Shown here: positions 10,403 through 23,384 of the stretch, in pieces
Numbering within the stretch: position 1 is the first letter of the stretch
Layout of the letters: each line of letters starts with the position of its first letter
NCBI GenBank assembly: GCA_963737635.1
Contig: CAVTTL010000001.1
Span: 608,001-672,000, forward strand
Direction of reading: 5' to 3'
DNA length: 64,000 nt
Source of the DNA: an uncultured Methanoregulaceae archaeon
Lineage (GTDB): Archaea > Halobacteriota > Methanomicrobia > Methanomicrobiales > Methanospirillaceae
Notes under the pieces: model-generated
Databases searched by the model: none
Told to the model about the DNA's origin: nothing
The model's input: only the letters and a program-made list of their open reading frames with translations
Program-made: the position numbers and the translations under genes

Positions 10403-12094
10403 TTAAGTGTGGGTGAAGTATGCCCGAACGCCGCTTCTATCTACCTCGTCGATCCGGACAAAACCAATCCGCTCGAACTGAACGACATTTCCCTTTTCTT
10501 TTGCTACCGCAGGTTCGCACACGCCTTTTAGTTCACCCTCCATCGTTACGAGTGTGCAAGGCAGGGTCTGTTGTGCCGGTAGCCACTGGATGATATGCGC
10601 CTTTACTGCACGGGCATCGGCAAGAGCATCGCCACCGTATGCAAACGAAGAAACAGTTCCGTCCCAGGTAATCTTCACATTGAAGAGATCCTTGAGGCGC
10701 ACCATTGCCGCCCCAGGCACAATATCTGTTCCGGGGAGCATGACCGCCCCTTCAAACGAGAGCGCCCGGGTCCCTTTCGATGCATCGCCGGGATGGAGCA
10801 TCGCTTGGGCGATCCGGTGCGGAGCACCTCCAACCACGGCGCGCACCGGGTCCGGGACAAAGAAGTACCGGTTTGCCACAGGGTCGACAAGCTTCTTATT
10901 CTCGGCATAGAGATTATCCCATGAGAACGAAATATCAGTTTCGCCGATACCGATCGCAAGCATTGCGTTTTTGACCGCATCCGGGGTAATCCCCCTGCGG
11001 GCAAGTGCCCGGAGTGTTCCAAGGTGTATATCGTCCCATCCGGTATACTTCCCCTCAGTTATACCAAGACGCATCTGGGATGTAGAGAGCACCACGCCCT
11101 CGATGCCCATCCTGCCGTAGTGACGATAGACAGGCACCTTCCAACCGAAGTGATCGTAGATATATCGCTGGCGCCTGGTGTTGGCGATATGATCTTTTCC
11201 CCGGATCACATGCGTCACGCCAAGAAGGTGGTCGTCCGCAACCACCGAGAAGTTCATGAGCGGGTAGATGCGCGCATCAACCCGGGGGTGCTTCGGTGCA
11301 TCAAGGATCCTGAAGAGGGGGAAATCCCTCATTGCCGGATCCGGGTGCAGGAGATCGGTTTTGACCCGGACTGATGCTTCGCCTTCCTTAAACCCACCCT
11401 CAAGCATCTTCTCCCAGAGGGACAGCGCCATCTCTGCCGGCTGATCGCGGCAGGGACAGGCTTTTTTTGCATCCTTGAGCGTCTTGAAGTGCTCATTCTC
11501 GCACGTGCAGACATAGGCTCCCCCAAGGCCGATAAGCTGTCTGCAAAGATCATAATAGATTGGAAGCCGGTCACTCTGGGTGATCGTCTCGGTGATCCCC
11601 ATACCCAGCCATTTGATATCTTCCTGTACCATCTCATAGGCGTCAGGATCGACTCTTTTTGGGTCCGTATCCTCGATCCGGAGAATGTACCTGCCTCCGT
11701 ACTGTTTTACGTAAGCGTCGTTGAGCGCCGCAGCCCGGGCGTGCCCGATATGGAGGGGGCCGGAGGGGTTCGGTGCAAACCGCATGACCACACCATGATC
11801 CGCCCCTTCAAGATCGGGCAGTACTTTTTTGTGCTCATGCTTCTCACTGAGCGCAGCGAACATCTCAGGGGACAGCTCCTGGAGTTTTGCGATTCGCTCA
11901 TCCGGCGAAAGAGCCGCGACATCGGCAATCGATTCTTTTGCAAGGACGGCGACCTCCTTTGCTCGGCTGCGCAGCTCAGGACGCGCACCCATCACCATCC
12001 CGATAACCGCCCCGCTCTGCGGTACGCCTCCGTGTTTTACCGCATTCTGGAGGGCGCACAGGAACAGGGCGGCCCTGAAATCGTCCCCGGCCAT
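10403..12094 (-). CDS. gltX: Glutamyl-tRNA synthetase (archaeal)
   Basis: RFAPNPSGPLHIGHAR, RIEDTDP, THVIRGKDH, QFERIGF. Confidence 0.97.
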   Translation of the reverse strand: MAGDDFRAALFLCALQNAVKHGGVPQSGAVIGMVMGARPELRSRAKEVAVLAKESIADVAALSPDERIAKLQELSPEMFAALSEKHEHKKVLPDLEGADHGVVMRFAPNPSGPLHIGHARAAALNDAYVKQYGGRYILRIEDTDPKRVDPDAYEMVQEDIKWLGMGITETITQSDRLPIYYDLCRQLIGLGGAYVCTCENEHFKTLKDAKKACPCRDQPAEMALSLWEKMLEGGFKEGEASVRVKTDLLHPDPAMRDFPLFRILDAPKHPRVDARIYPLMNFSVVADDHLLGVTHVIRGKDHIANTRRQRYIYDHFGWKVPVYRHYGRMGIEGVVLSTSQMRLGITEGKYTGWDDIHLGTLRALARRGITPDAVKNAMLAIGIGETDISFSWDNLYAENKKLVDPVANRYFFVPDPVRAVVGGAPHRIAQAMLHPGDASKGTRALSFEGAVMLPGTDIVPGAAMVRLKDLFNVKITWDGTVSSFAYGGDALADARAVKAHIIQWLPAQQTLPCTLVTMEGELKGVCEPAVAKEKGNVVQFERIGFVRIDEVDRSGVRAYFTHT

Positions 12095-12095
12095 C

Positions 12096-13067
12096 CTAGA
12101 ATCTCCGCGTCACAAAAAATTTGCCGATATCCATGAGGAGCTGGCGCTCCTTTGTAGCCGGGAGCGCGCCGAGCAGCCGATCGCTGTCTGCTACCAGTGC
12201 AAAAGCCCTGTCTTTTACGGCATCGATGACCCCGGCATCAGTAAGCTCCTGAATTGCAGCCCTGATATCTGAAGGCGAAAGCTCATGCCTGTACTTAAGG
12301 AGATCGAGACCCTTTTTCCGCGCAAGAATCATAATGAGGGTCTGTTTTCCTTCCCGGAGATCCGACCCCTGATCCTTGCCGCTCTCTTCAGTAGGGGTGA
12401 GGAGATCAATGAGATCGTCTTGGATTTGAAATGCGATACCAGTATTGAGCCCGAATTTATAGAGCGCGTCTACCTGGTGCTCGTCTCCGCCAGCAAGGGT
12501 GCCGCCGATCGCAGCTGCAGCTGCATAGAGCACACCGGTTTTTTTCCCTACCATCTCCATATATTCTTCTTCGGTCACATCGGTCCTATGCTCAAAGGAC
12601 ATGTCCATGTGCTGGCCTTCGCAGATGTCAGCACACGCACGGGCAAGCAGCGCTGCTGCACGGACCTTTGCACCATCACCGGCCTTTACCTGACAAATGA
12701 ACTCAAATGCCCGGGCGTACAGAACATCCCCGGCAAGGATCCCGGTCGGCATATCCCATTTCGTGTGAACGGTCTGAACCCCTCGGCGGAGAGCGTCCCC
12801 GTCCATGATATCGTCATGGATAAGGGTGAATGTATGGGTAAGCTCAAGTGCGAGTGCCGCCGGCATAATATCTGCGGAACTACCCTGCCTGATTGAATCT
12901 GCGGAGAGCACGACCACTGCAGGACGGAGTCGTTTCCCCCCCGCACTAAGCAGGTGGGCAGATGCCTTGTTGAGTTCACCTTGATCATGGGCGAAATACT
13001 GATCGATCATGTCGTCAATCTTCTGTGCAACCGATTTCAGGTACGGTGATAGTTCCGACATTACCAT
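12096..13067 (-). CDS. idsA: Geranylgeranyl diphosphate synthase
   Basis: GGKRLRP, LIHDDIMD, RRG, KTG, FQIQDD. Confidence 0.93.
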   Translation of the reverse strand: MVMSELSPYLKSVAQKIDDMIDQYFAHDQGELNKASAHLLSAGGKRLRPAVVVLSADSIRQGSSADIMPAALALELTHTFTLIHDDIMDGDALRRGVQTVHTKWDMPTGILAGDVLYARAFEFICQVKAGDGAKVRAAALLARACADICEGQHMDMSFEHRTDVTEEEYMEMVGKKTGVLYAAAAAIGGTLAGGDEHQVDALYKFGLNTGIAFQIQDDLIDLLTPTEESGKDQGSDLREGKQTLIMILARKKGLDLLKYRHELSPSDIRAAIQELTDAGVIDAVKDRAFALVADSDRLLGALPATKERQLLMDIGKFFVTRRF

Positions 13068-13074
13068 TTCCCTT

Positions 13075-14412
13075 CTAGTTCAGTTTGAGCCGTTGTCCGT
13101 TGCGCATGACATGTACATCATTGCCCATCACGTACCCGAGGTCACCAGTGAACTCCGCGTATGTCGCGGTCATCCTGATATTACCGTGAGCCGGGATGAT
13201 GTGTTGTGGATTCAGGAGGCTGACAAATTCATAGTGATCCTCACGGTACGCATGCCCGCTCACGTGAAGATCCTGGAAGAGCCGGGCCCCTGCCATCTTC
13301 AGGTGCGCTTCGACCATGTACCGCTGCCCAAAATTCATAGGGTTCGGGATAACGTTAGCCGAGAAGAGGATCTTATCACCTTTTGCGATCTGGTAAGGGG
13401 TATCTCCCAACGCAACCCGGGTCAGGATCGAGCCCGGTTCACCTTGGTGACCGGTAATGATGGGGAGGAATTTCTCTTTTCCCGCCTTCATCATCCGGCG
13501 CAGAGTACGGTCAACCGTCCGTCGGTTTCCAAAGACACTGGTGTCCTGGGGGAATGAGACCATCTTCATCTGCTCTGCGGTGACCGAGTACTTCTCCATA
13601 GAGCGGCCCAGAAGGACCGGTTTTCTCCCTATTTCATGCGCACATTCCGCAATGGTCTTGACACGGGCGATATGGGACGAAAATGTTGAAACAATAATGG
13701 AGCTTTTATCATCCTCGTAACTGGTAATAGTATCCCGCACGAGATCCCGGGCGATTCTCTCGCTTGGACACCTGCCGGGCCGGTCGATATAAGTGCTTTC
13801 TACAATGAGAGCGAGCACCCCTTCCTTGCCTATCTGGCGGAACCGTGCAAAATCCGGGGGTTCTCCAATCACCGGTGTCCGGTCGAGCTTGAAATCACAA
13901 GCATAGACGATAGCGCCGTGAGGGGTATGGAGTACCGGGGTCACGGTATCTATGATCGAGTGCTGGGCCCTGACAAATTCAAGCACGAGGTGCTGCGAGA
14001 TCGTATACCTCTGCCCGGACCTGAGCGCGAAGAGCTTGTTGTTGACCCCGAACTTCTGTTCACCAGAGATTTGCTGCCGGATCAGTTCCGTCGCATAGGG
14101 TGACGCGATGATCGGCGCATTGTACCGGTGCGCGAGTTTCGGGATCGCCCCGATGTGGTCGAGATGCCCATGGGAGCAGACAATTGCTTTTACCGTTCCC
14201 TCGACCGAGTTCATCATGGTGTCGTCAGGTATTGCCCCGATCTTGATCAGATCCAGGGAATGCATATTCTCAAGCTCCGCATCCTCGTGAATCATAACCT
14301 GATCCAAGCGGAGCCCCATGTCAAAAATGACAATTTCTTTCCCGCAGCGGACAGCGGTCATATTCCGCCCGACCTCGTCGTAACCGCCCACTGCTATGAT
14401 CTCTATATCCAT
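13075..14412 (-). CDS. rnj: Ribonuclease J (beta-CASP)
   Basis: GGYDEVGRNM, SHGHLDHIG, HVSGHA, IIPAHG. Confidence 0.95.
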   Translation of the reverse strand: MDIEIIAVGGYDEVGRNMTAVRCGKEIVIFDMGLRLDQVMIHEDAELENMHSLDLIKIGAIPDDTMMNSVEGTVKAIVCSHGHLDHIGAIPKLAHRYNAPIIASPYATELIRQQISGEQKFGVNNKLFALRSGQRYTISQHLVLEFVRAQHSIIDTVTPVLHTPHGAIVYACDFKLDRTPVIGEPPDFARFRQIGKEGVLALIVESTYIDRPGRCPSERIARDLVRDTITSYEDDKSSIIVSTFSSHIARVKTIAECAHEIGRKPVLLGRSMEKYSVTAEQMKMVSFPQDTSVFGNRRTVDRTLRRMMKAGKEKFLPIITGHQGEPGSILTRVALGDTPYQIAKGDKILFSANVIPNPMNFGQRYMVEAHLKMAGARLFQDLHVSGHAYREDHYEFVSLLNPQHIIPAHGNIRMTATYAEFTGDLGYVMGNDVHVMRNGQRLKLN

Positions 14413-14499
14413 GTTTTTTTCTCCTGGTTTATGTTGTCCCGCAGGTATTTTCTAAAACCTGATGGTGTTTTTTCGTTTTCGTAACGTGTACTTGGGTTT

Positions 14500-15583
14500 T
14501 CATGCTTTACGCAGGTTTGGCGCATCAATCATCTGTCGAGTTTTCCCCGTGATAAAGAACCGTGCACGGTACATATCGCGTACCCGTGCAGCTCCACACA
14601 AGAACATCGATGCCGCGAGTTCCTGGTGGATCATTTGGATTCTCGAGGCGAGTGCCTCGTCACCCTCAAGTGCCGGTTTCAGTAAGGGGAGCGCCATACC
14701 ACAGAGATCGGCACCGAGCGCAAGGGATTTTGCCATATCAATACCACTTCTGATACCGCCCGATGCGATCACCGGACTTCCCGTCCCTGCCACCTCGCTG
14801 AGGCTCACGACTGTGGGAATACCCCAGCCAGCAAAATCCTCACCAAGGGTCTTGAGGCACCTGTCCTGTGCATTCCGGCTCTCGTCGGCGCGGATGCTTT
14901 CGACTGCCGCCCAAGAAGTCCCGCCCAGGCCGCCGATATCGATGGCCCCGGCTCCCGCACTCCAACACTGGCAGGCAACCTCCCTCGAGATTCCGCATCC
15001 GGTCTTTTTGATAATCACCGGAGTTTTTATCTCCTCACAGAGTGCGGCGATCGCGGCGAGGCAGCCAACCGCATTGTGGTCACCCTCCGGCTGGATAGAT
15101 TCTTGGAGGAAATTGAGGTGGATTGCAATCGCGTTGGCGCCGATCATATCAATAGCCTGCTCGGCCCATGCAGTCCCGTGGTCCCGGAGCTGCACGGCGC
15201 CGAGATTTGCGACAAGGAATGCGTGGGGGGCCTCGTCGCGGACGATCGAGAACGTATCCGCAAGCGCCGGATTTTCAAGAGCAGACTCTTTGGGAACCCA
15301 CACCCATGCCAAGACCAAAGCGTTCGGTGATCCGGGCAAGACGGGCGTTTACCTCCTTTGTTCCCGGGTGGCCGCCGGTCATTGCCGAGATAAAGAGAGG
15401 GGACGACAGAGAATGACCGAAAAACCGGGTTGACAAATCAATCGAACGCATATCGCATTCCGGGAGCGCATTGTGAACCAGTCTGACATCAGCAAAGCCT
15501 GTGTCGCCGGATTCGACCTCCTTTTCAGCGCAGATACGCAGATGATCAAGCTTGCGCGATGAGGTCAACCGTTTATCTGCCAT
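14500..15583 (-). CDS. fni: Type 2 isopentenyl-diphosphate isomerase, +1 frameshift near 15285 (likely error)
   Basis: RKLDHL, ISAMTGG, MGVGSQR|AALEN, IHLNFLQE, GGTSW, ASGGIRSG. Confidence 0.93.
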
Positions 15584-15588
15584 TTTCC

Positions 15589-16344
15589 TCACCCACCTCT
15601 CACTTTTGTCCCGCCATGATCCTTGCCGGCAAGGAAATCGCCAAGACGCGAAATCTCGAAGATATCCGCCCCGGTACCTGTTGTAGCAAGCTCGAGCAGT
15701 TCATCAATTTTCCCTTTCATTCCACCGGTTACATCGGTATGTGACGAGTTGCCGATCTGGAGAGTGTGCACGGTCTTCGGAGTGATCTCCGGGACCACGC
15801 GTCCTCCATCCAACACTCCCGGTACATCGGTGGCGAGTCCTACGCGGGTGCATTTCATCGCAACCGCAAGATAGCGCACGAGCTGGTCGCCCGACACTAT
15901 GCAGGCTCCACGTGAAAGGTCCATCACCACGTCACCGTGGATCACAGGAACCATACCAAGCGAAAGCATCTTGTCGAGATGCCTGGTCTCGAACGCGACC
16001 AGCCTGCCCTTGTCGGCAACACCCACATGAAGTGGGTGGATGCCGAGAGCCGGCACACCAGCGTCCCGGAGCGCACTGACCACCTCTGTATTAAGGGTAC
16101 TGACAACGCGATGGGTAATAGCGATCCCTTCAGATTGCCCGACCACGACACCCTGATCAAGCCGGTATCTCCGGGCCTCGGGGTGGCCGCAGGAGCCAGC
16201 ACCATGGACCACAATAAGACCTGAACCGGGTGCCCTGGCAACCGCCTCTGCGATGCCGGTTAACGCCAGATGGTTCACATGGCAGTCTGCACCCTTGTCT
16301 GTGATCACGCTGCCACCCAGTTTCAGAATGATGATGTCAGACAT
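15589..16344 (-). CDS. ipk: Isopentenyl phosphate kinase
   Basis: ILKLGGSVITDK, VHGAGSCGH, HGDVV, SGD, DVTGGMKGK; located between mvk and fni. Confidence 0.93.
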   Translation of the reverse strand: MSDIIILKLGGSVITDKGADCHVNHLALTGIAEAVARAPGSGLIVVHGAGSCGHPEARRYRLDQGVVVGQSEGIAITHRVVSTLNTEVVSALRDAGVPALGIHPLHVGVADKGRLVAFETRHLDKMLSLGMVPVIHGDVVMDLSRGACIVSGDQLVRYLAVAMKCTRVGLATDVPGVLDGGRVVPEITPKTVHTLQIGNSSHTDVTGGMKGKIDELLELATTGTGADIFEISRLGDFLAGKDHGGTKVRGG

Positions 16345-17206
16345 TCTTCTCCTTCCGGACCCCTTCAGTATCGATACCGGTAACAATCGCCCGCCCATCA
16401 CATGACTGAATTGCCTGTGCGACCCGGTGCCGGACTGGCTTTGCGCAGAGTGCAACCATGCAGCCCCCGCCGCCTGCCCCGGTTATCTTCGCCCCGAATG
16501 CCCCGGCCGATCGCGAAGCGAGCACCAGCCGGGAGAGCTGCGAATGACCGACGCCGAGAGCCTCGAGCAGCGCGTGGTTCATATTCATGTACCTGCCCAA
16601 TTCCTTCGGGTTACTTAAGTGGTGAATTGCGGCAAGGCTCACCCCTTCGATTGCGTTCAGAATCGGGTCGACTATCTCCGGGTTCTGTTTCTTTAAGTCC
16701 GCAACCTGTTCGACCATTTTTGCGGTGCTATGTGAAACCAGCGAATCTCCGATTACAATATGCATGTTCTGGGGTGCAAGACGCCTGCGTGATCCCCCGC
16801 AGATAAGTACGATCCCTCCATATGTGGAGACTGTAGTATCCGTGGGGCTGGCGCGCCCTTTCTGCACAGTTTTTTCGATTTCGAAAGCCATGTTTGCGAT
16901 GTCTTCCCTGCTTTTGCCGATAGTAAACTCATCGTTTATTGCCGAAAGAGTTGCGACCGTAACCGCCCCAGATGACCCAAGACCCGACGAACTGGGGATC
17001 TGCGAGTTGATATAGACGCTTCCGATTACGCCCATCGCATCAAAGCAACCGTCGATATAGGGGGATTTTGCACGCTGGGGACGCCGTGACTTTCTGACGG
17101 TTACGAAGACCCGGGGCTTGATTGCCATGGCGATGCCAGGCTTTCCGTATACTACTGCATGCTCGCCGAACAGAAATACCTTGCCCGGCGCACTCCACGT
17201 TGCCAA
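16337..17206 (-). CDS. mvk: Mevalonate kinase
   Basis: SAPGKVFLFGEHAVVYG, PSSSGLGSSG, KITGAGGGGC. Confidence 0.95.
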   Translation of the reverse strand: MATWSAPGKVFLFGEHAVVYGKPGIAMAIKPRVFVTVRKSRRPQRAKSPYIDGCFDAMGVIGSVYINSQIPSSSGLGSSGAVTVATLSAINDEFTIGKSREDIANMAFEIEKTVQKGRASPTDTTVSTYGGIVLICGGSRRRLAPQNMHIVIGDSLVSHSTAKMVEQVADLKKQNPEIVDPILNAIEGVSLAAIHHLSNPKELGRYMNMNHALLEALGVGHSQLSRLVLASRSAGAFGAKITGAGGGGCMVALCAKPVRHRVAQAIQSCDGRAIVTGIDTEGVRKEKNV

Positions 17207-17207
17207 C

Positions 17208-17996
17208 CTACATCACCGCAATGGCTGCATACCCCACGACTTCGTCACGGTCACCGGTAACATCACCGCTTGTCCCGTACCGGATCAGTCGCCCTTCCCG
17301 TGCCCCCAGGTACTGGCATACAGACACCATCACGCTGATCGGGCCGTACCCGCAGGCCGTCACGCGCTTCTCCCGGATCCGACGGTAGAATTCTTTTGTA
17401 TCGAGCAGGGTAAGCGCTTCGATTGCATAGAGATCCCCCTCCTTTGCTTGTGTCTCCGGCACGTAATGCGAGAAATCGCTTGAAGCAACGACACGGACGT
17501 CACGTTTTGTCAGCCTGTGGGCAGCAACAATCTTCTCAGCTAGTGCTGTGGCATGGGCCGGATCCTGCTCCCCCATCATGACAGGGACAACTCGTGACCG
17601 CGGAAACCGGTATTTGATAAACGGCATCTGCACTTCGATCGAATGTTCTTCTTTATGGGAAGGTTCGTCAATCGCAATATCAAGCGCATCGATAAATTCC
17701 GTATCTGTATCAATAATCCCAAGCGGGGTCTCCCATGGTATCGAAGAGGCACAGGTAAAATATCCGTGATGGGAGGGGCCGAGCACTACGAACGTACCGG
17801 AAAAATCCGGACTGATACTTGAAAATGCATGGGCTGCAATTTGCCCGGAATAAATATACCCGGCATGAGGACTGACGATCCCCAGTGCGTTTTTACCCGG
17901 AACAGCTCTTGAGAAGAAACCTTCCAGAAGTTGTCCAAGATCAGAAGGATCCCGGGGGTAGAACATGCCCGCAACTGCGCATGAACGCGTCTTCAT
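17208..17996 (-). CDS. MEMO1 family protein (AmmeMemoRadiSam protein B)
   Basis: AVAGMFYP, PHAGYIYSG, GPSH, EHSIEVQ, ASSDFSHY, CGYGP. Confidence 0.92.
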   Translation of the reverse strand: MKTRSCAVAGMFYPRDPSDLGQLLEGFFSRAVPGKNALGIVSPHAGYIYSGQIAAHAFSSISPDFSGTFVVLGPSHHGYFTCASSIPWETPLGIIDTDTEFIDALDIAIDEPSHKEEHSIEVQMPFIKYRFPRSRVVPVMMGEQDPAHATALAEKIVAAHRLTKRDVRVVASSDFSHYVPETQAKEGDLYAIEALTLLDTKEFYRRIREKRVTACGYGPISVMVSVCQYLGAREGRLIRYGTSGDVTGDRDEVVGYAAIAVM

Positions 17997-18065
17997 CGAA
18001 TCAACCCTCTGGTCGTTCTGTTATATCTAACGATCGATCCTAAAAGAGGATCGAAGGGAATTGCA

Positions 18066-18673
18066 TCAGAGCTCGGTTTCGAAATCTTCCTGCGTTAGAC
18101 CCGTCGCAATCCCCCTCAATCGTAGCATCTCTCTGGTGAGGAGGAAGTAGATCATTGACAGCGCTTTCCTGCCCTTATTGTTCGTGGGGATCACAAGATC
18201 GACAAACTTGGTCATGTTGTTGGTATCGCAGAGGGCAACTACCGGGATGCCACACTGGACAGCTTCGTTTATAACCTGGGCATCCCCAATCGGATCGGTA
18301 ACAACAACAACCTTGGGCTCGATATATCCATCGAGAACCGGGTTGGTGAGTAGGCCCGGGATAAACCGTCCGGTTGCGGACATCGCTCCAATGGTATCTG
18401 CAAACTTCTTTGCCGGGTACTGGCCGTACTGCCGGGAGGTAACGACAAGGATATCGGGTGCTTCATACTGATTCAGAAATTTCGCAACGGTCTTGATCCG
18501 GGCGTCGGTCTCGCGGATATCGAGAATATACAGGCCATCACCGCGGACACGGTAAATGAACTTCTTCATATCCTCGCTTTTCTGCTGGGTACCGATGTGG
18601 ACTCCGGCTGCCAGGTACTCCTCTACGGGGATAAGCGGTTCTTTTAATTCTATTTCCATCTCGTTTACTGGGG

Positions 18674-18677
<4 letters not shown>
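18066..18677 (-). CDS. rps2: 30S ribosomal protein S2
   Basis: [27 protein letters not shown]. Confidence 0.97.
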
Positions 18678-20049
<1,372 letters not shown>

Positions 20050-20090
20050 TCCTTGTCCTCAAAATGGTTCCGTTGTCTACAACTGGAAAA

Positions 20091-20165
20091 TGGGGTCGCT
20101 GAGATTCGAACTCAGGTCACTGCGTCCCGAACGCAATAGGATAGTCCAGGCTACCCCACGACCCC
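20091..20165 (-). tRNA. tRNA-Pro(CGG)
   Basis: GGGGTCGTGGGGTAGCCTGGACTATCC-TATTGCG TT-CGG-GA CGCAG-TGAC-CTGAG TTCGAAT CTCAG-CGACCCC-A cloverleaf. Confidence 0.95.
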
Positions 20166-20174
20166 TCGGTCATA

Positions 20175-20363
20175 TTACTGGTACGGGTTGAGCTCATCAA
20201 TGATCTCTTTATGGGTCAGAAGCATGCGCCGGCAGCAATATCGGGTGATACCGAGATCGTCGAGGATCTTTTTAGGATCCTCGCCTTTCTCCCGCCGGGC
20301 CTTAAATTCTTCCCACGCTGTAGAAATGGTTTTTCCACAAGTGAAACATCGTACGGGTATCAA
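20175..20363 (-). CDS. rpoN: RNA polymerase subunit N (Rpo10)
   Basis: [10 protein letters not shown]...RYCCRRM. Confidence 0.97.
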   Translation of the reverse strand: MIPVRCFTCGKTISTAWEEFKARREKGEDPKKILDDLGITRYCCRRMLLTHKEIIDELNPYQ

Positions 20364-20392
20364 GATTTTCGACCTCTCATATTTCTTTTGGT

Positions 20393-20794
20393 TTAACGAT
20401 AAGACTTTTGGAATTTCTTGCGTGCGCCACGACCGTGCGGTTTCTTGGTCTCTTTCTGCCGCGAGTCGTTGACGAGAAGCGTCCTGTCGTAAGCAAGATA
20501 GATATCCTTGATAGCAGGGTCATTTGTCCACTCAAGGATGCCCCGGGCAAGCGCAGTACGCACCGCCTCGGCCTGTCCCATGACCCCTCCGCCAGATACG
20601 TCGATGGTCACGTCAATTTCACTAGTCGCAGCGGGGACAAGGAGGAGCGGCTCAGCGATCTTCATACGGGTGGTCTCAGTGCCGTATTTCTCGAGGGGCA
20701 CTGAGTTGACCCGGATAACACCTTTGCCGGCCTTTATGGTCGCCCGGGCGATTGCTGTCTTTCTTTTTCCACTTGTGTTTATGATCTTTGACAT
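20393..20794 (-). CDS. rps9: 30S ribosomal protein S9
   Basis: [29 protein letters not shown]. Confidence 0.97.
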   Translation of the reverse strand: MSKIINTSGKRKTAIARATIKAGKGVIRVNSVPLEKYGTETTRMKIAEPLLLVPAATSEIDVTIDVSGGGVMGQAEAVRTALARGILEWTNDPAIKDIYLAYDRTLLVNDSRQKETKKPHGRGARKKFQKSYR

Positions 20795-20804
20795 AGTGAC
20801 CACC

Positions 20805-21227
20805 TTAGAACTTTGCCCCAAGGGCCGTGCAGACCGCTGCAAGCGTAACAAACTGCGGGTTGTTGAGCCGGTCCATATGGACGTCTTCGGGGACCTCCAT
20901 CGCCGCACCTGCAAACTGCACCGGGACACCCACGTAGCACCGGATGCGCTTCATCGCTTCGACGCCACGGGGGCGCTTATAGGGGAGCATGCCGCGAATC
21001 GTACGTTTTGTGATATGATCCGGTCGCCGGGGGAAGTATGGACCCCAGTCGGTTGACCCGCGCTCGCGCTTGTGGTAGTAATTGCCAAGCACACGTGCAC
21101 GGCTGCCAGAGATAATGATCTTTTCGACATTGACAATGGCGATCTCTTCCCCGGTAAGGGCACGCCGGGCCATTGTACTTGCAAGCCTTCCGAGGATGAG
21201 TCCGTCCCCATTAATTACGGTAACCAT
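20805..21227 (-). CDS. rpl13: 50S ribosomal protein L13
   Basis: [23 protein letters not shown]. Confidence 0.97.
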   Translation of the reverse strand: MVTVINGDGLILGRLASTMARRALTGEEIAIVNVEKIIISGSRARVLGNYYHKRERGSTDWGPYFPRRPDHITKRTIRGMLPYKRPRGVEAMKRIRCYVGVPVQFAGAAMEVPEDVHMDRLNNPQFVTLAAVCTALGAKF

Positions 21228-21234
21228 ATCTTGT

Positions 21235-21600
21235 TCACCTCAGGATCCGGACACCGCTTCCCTTGGGGTTGTCCTTTAAGAGCTGCTCAATCGTCATGCA
21301 CTGCCCTTTTGCGTCCCTGATCTTACTCGTCGCCGATTCCGAAAAATTCAGCGCAGCAATCTTTACAGACTGCTCCAGCACGCCGCTGCCCAGCACCTTT
21401 CCGGGTACAAGGATAATCTCGCCGTTGTGGGCATAGCGGTTGATCTTGGACAGGTTGACCTCTGCGTAGTTCCTGTTGGGGGTCTCCAGTCTGCCTGCGA
21501 TTTCGCGCCAGATTTTTGCCTCATTCTCCCGTGATGTGTTTTTCAAGAGCATAATGAGATTGGTAAGACGGGGGTTCGTCTTCTCAACATTTCGTGTCAT
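21235..21600 (-). CDS. rpl18e: 50S ribosomal protein L18e
   Basis: [23 protein letters not shown]. Confidence 0.97.
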   Translation of the reverse strand: MTRNVEKTNPRLTNLIMLLKNTSRENEAKIWREIAGRLETPNRNYAEVNLSKINRYAHNGEIILVPGKVLGSGVLEQSVKIAALNFSESATSKIRDAKGQCMTIEQLLKDNPKGSGVRILR

Positions 21601-22430
21601 TTCTTCTCCTCCCCTGAAATCTCGCTTGTCTGTCTCTCCAGCTCGTTTGCTTGCTCCCTGATGTAGGAAAGCGCCTGGATCATGATCTCTTTTGTGGGCA
21701 GCGACCCATCGCCCTCGACCGCAAAAATATACCGGTCGGGAGCAGCGGAAATCCTGATTGCGGGTTCATCCCCGATGCCGCTCGCGATGCAGGCTCGTTC
21801 ACAGAGCTTGCACATGGAGCAATCGGGAAGCTTGCCCTCGATAACTTCGACTTTCTTGCCTTTGACGGCAAGGATAGTGCGGGGACATTCGTCCACACAC
21901 ATCCCGCACGCGTCACAGGTCGGGCTAATCGTGATGATTGGATGGTTCTTGTACCCGCATACAAGAGTCGGCTGCCATTTTGCGTGCACTTTACCTTTGT
22001 TAAGTATGGCACGCGCTTCAATGACCAGTTTCTGCCCCTTCACTAGTTTCACGATGGGGATGTTCTCGTCCACGGGTGCAGCCTTGGGGTCCTGCGGAAT
22101 GAGGTCACTTGAGGTGACCAGTTTGGGGCCCTCAACGCTGAGCGTGTAGGTAACTGTGCAGGATGGGCAACCTGCCCCGCCGCACGAACAGTTTTCCTGA
22201 GTCGAATAACTGGTAAGATCGGTTCTGATCGGTATAAGCCCGAGGCGGTGAGCCAGCATTTCATCGAAGAGCGCGCTCGTATTATCGTAGATTCGCACAT
22301 CCTCGATAGCAAGGGTCGGCACCTCGCCGATCATTGCCCTGCGAAAGGCATTTGCAAAACCGGGCTTCGCTCCTGAGAGCGTGAATCGTGCAAGAGTGTC
22401 ATCCAGACTCGCGAATTCGATCTCCATCAC
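21597..22430 (-). CDS. rpoD: RNA polymerase subunit D (Rpo3) with ferredoxin-like domain
   Basis: [28 protein letters not shown]; [12 protein letters not shown] and [11 protein letters not shown] motifs. Confidence 0.96.
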   Translation of the reverse strand: MMEIEFASLDDTLARFTLSGAKPGFANAFRRAMIGEVPTLAIEDVRIYDNTSALFDEMLAHRLGLIPIRTDLTSYSTQENCSCGGAGCPSCTVTYTLSVEGPKLVTSSDLIPQDPKAAPVDENIPIVKLVKGQKLVIEARAILNKGKVHAKWQPTLVCGYKNHPIITISPTCDACGMCVDECPRTILAVKGKKVEVIEGKLPDCSMCKLCERACIASGIGDEPAIRISAAPDRYIFAVEGDGSLPTKEIMIQALSYIREQANELERQTSEISGEEKK

Positions 22431-22822
22431 ACTCTCCTTCCCCGCCTGCCACCCTTAGGACGGCATGAGTCGTGCGGGACTGGCGTGACATCTTCTATCC
22501 TTCCGATGCGCATACCTGCCCGGGCGAGTGCACGGATAGCTGCCTGAGCACCGGGCCCGGGGCTGCGCTGTTTTCCCTGACCGGGTGCCCGTACCTTCAC
22601 ATGGACGCCGACAATACCCTTTTCACGGGCAACTGCGGCGACATTTGCCGCCATCTGCATGGCTGCATACGGGGAACTTTCATTCCGGTCCTGTTTGACG
22701 ACCATACCGCCGCTGCTTTTGGTAATGGTTTCAGCACCGGAAAGATCGGTAACCGTAATGATCGTATTGTTAAAGGAGGCAAAGATATGAGCAATGCCCC
22801 ACTTTTCCTTATCGTTTGCCAT
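22427..22822 (-). CDS. rps11: 30S ribosomal protein S11
   Basis: [29 protein letters not shown]. Confidence 0.98.
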   Translation of the reverse strand: MANDKEKWGIAHIFASFNNTIITVTDLSGAETITKSSGGMVVKQDRNESSPYAAMQMAANVAAVAREKGIVGVHVKVRAPGQGKQRSPGPGAQAAIRALARAGMRIGRIEDVTPVPHDSCRPKGGRRGRRV

Positions 22823-22823
22823 C

Positions 22824-23381
22824 TTAGTTCACTCCTGCACCAGATGGCTTGGTGATCCTGGTTCTTTCTGCATGGGCAGCGTCTACGAACGGAGATGTTC
22901 CATAATAAGAGATCCCGGACTCTTCCCCGCGGGTTACAAGATATCCAGGGATAGTGACACGCCGGCCGCCAATCGCGATATGACCGTGGGTGACGAGCTG
23001 GCGAGCCTGCTTAGGTGAACGGGCGAGGCCTTTCCGGTAGACGAGAGTCTGGAGCCGCCGCTCAAGCTGGGCCGGGACCTTGAGTGCAAGGACATTGTCG
23101 ATGTCCGCATCAGGGCCAAGGAGTCCTGCACGTTGCATGTGGCTGATAAGCTCGATTTTTTTCGTTTCAAAGACTACATTTTCAGTGCTGCTGGACTTGA
23201 GTGCGAGCAGTTCACGTGCAGCCTTACGGTATCTCCTAAGATGGCTCTGTGCCTTCCAGACCTCTCGCTTGTTGCGTAGACCGTATTCAATAACGAGCCG
23301 GGTCTCTTCCTCGATCCGGGTCTTCTCGAAAGGTCGCTTGGGTGTCTGGTAGGACTTATGGTTCTTACCCGGGTATCCCAT
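22824..23381 (-). CDS. rps4: 30S ribosomal protein S4
   Basis: [28 protein letters not shown]. Confidence 0.97.
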   Translation of the reverse strand: MGYPGKNHKSYQTPKRPFEKTRIEEETRLVIEYGLRNKREVWKAQSHLRRYRKAARELLALKSSSTENVVFETKKIELISHMQRAGLLGPDADIDNVLALKVPAQLERRLQTLVYRKGLARSPKQARQLVTHGHIAIGGRRVTIPGYLVTRGEESGISYYGTSPFVDAAHAERTRITKPSGAGVN

Positions 23382-23384
23382 GGC

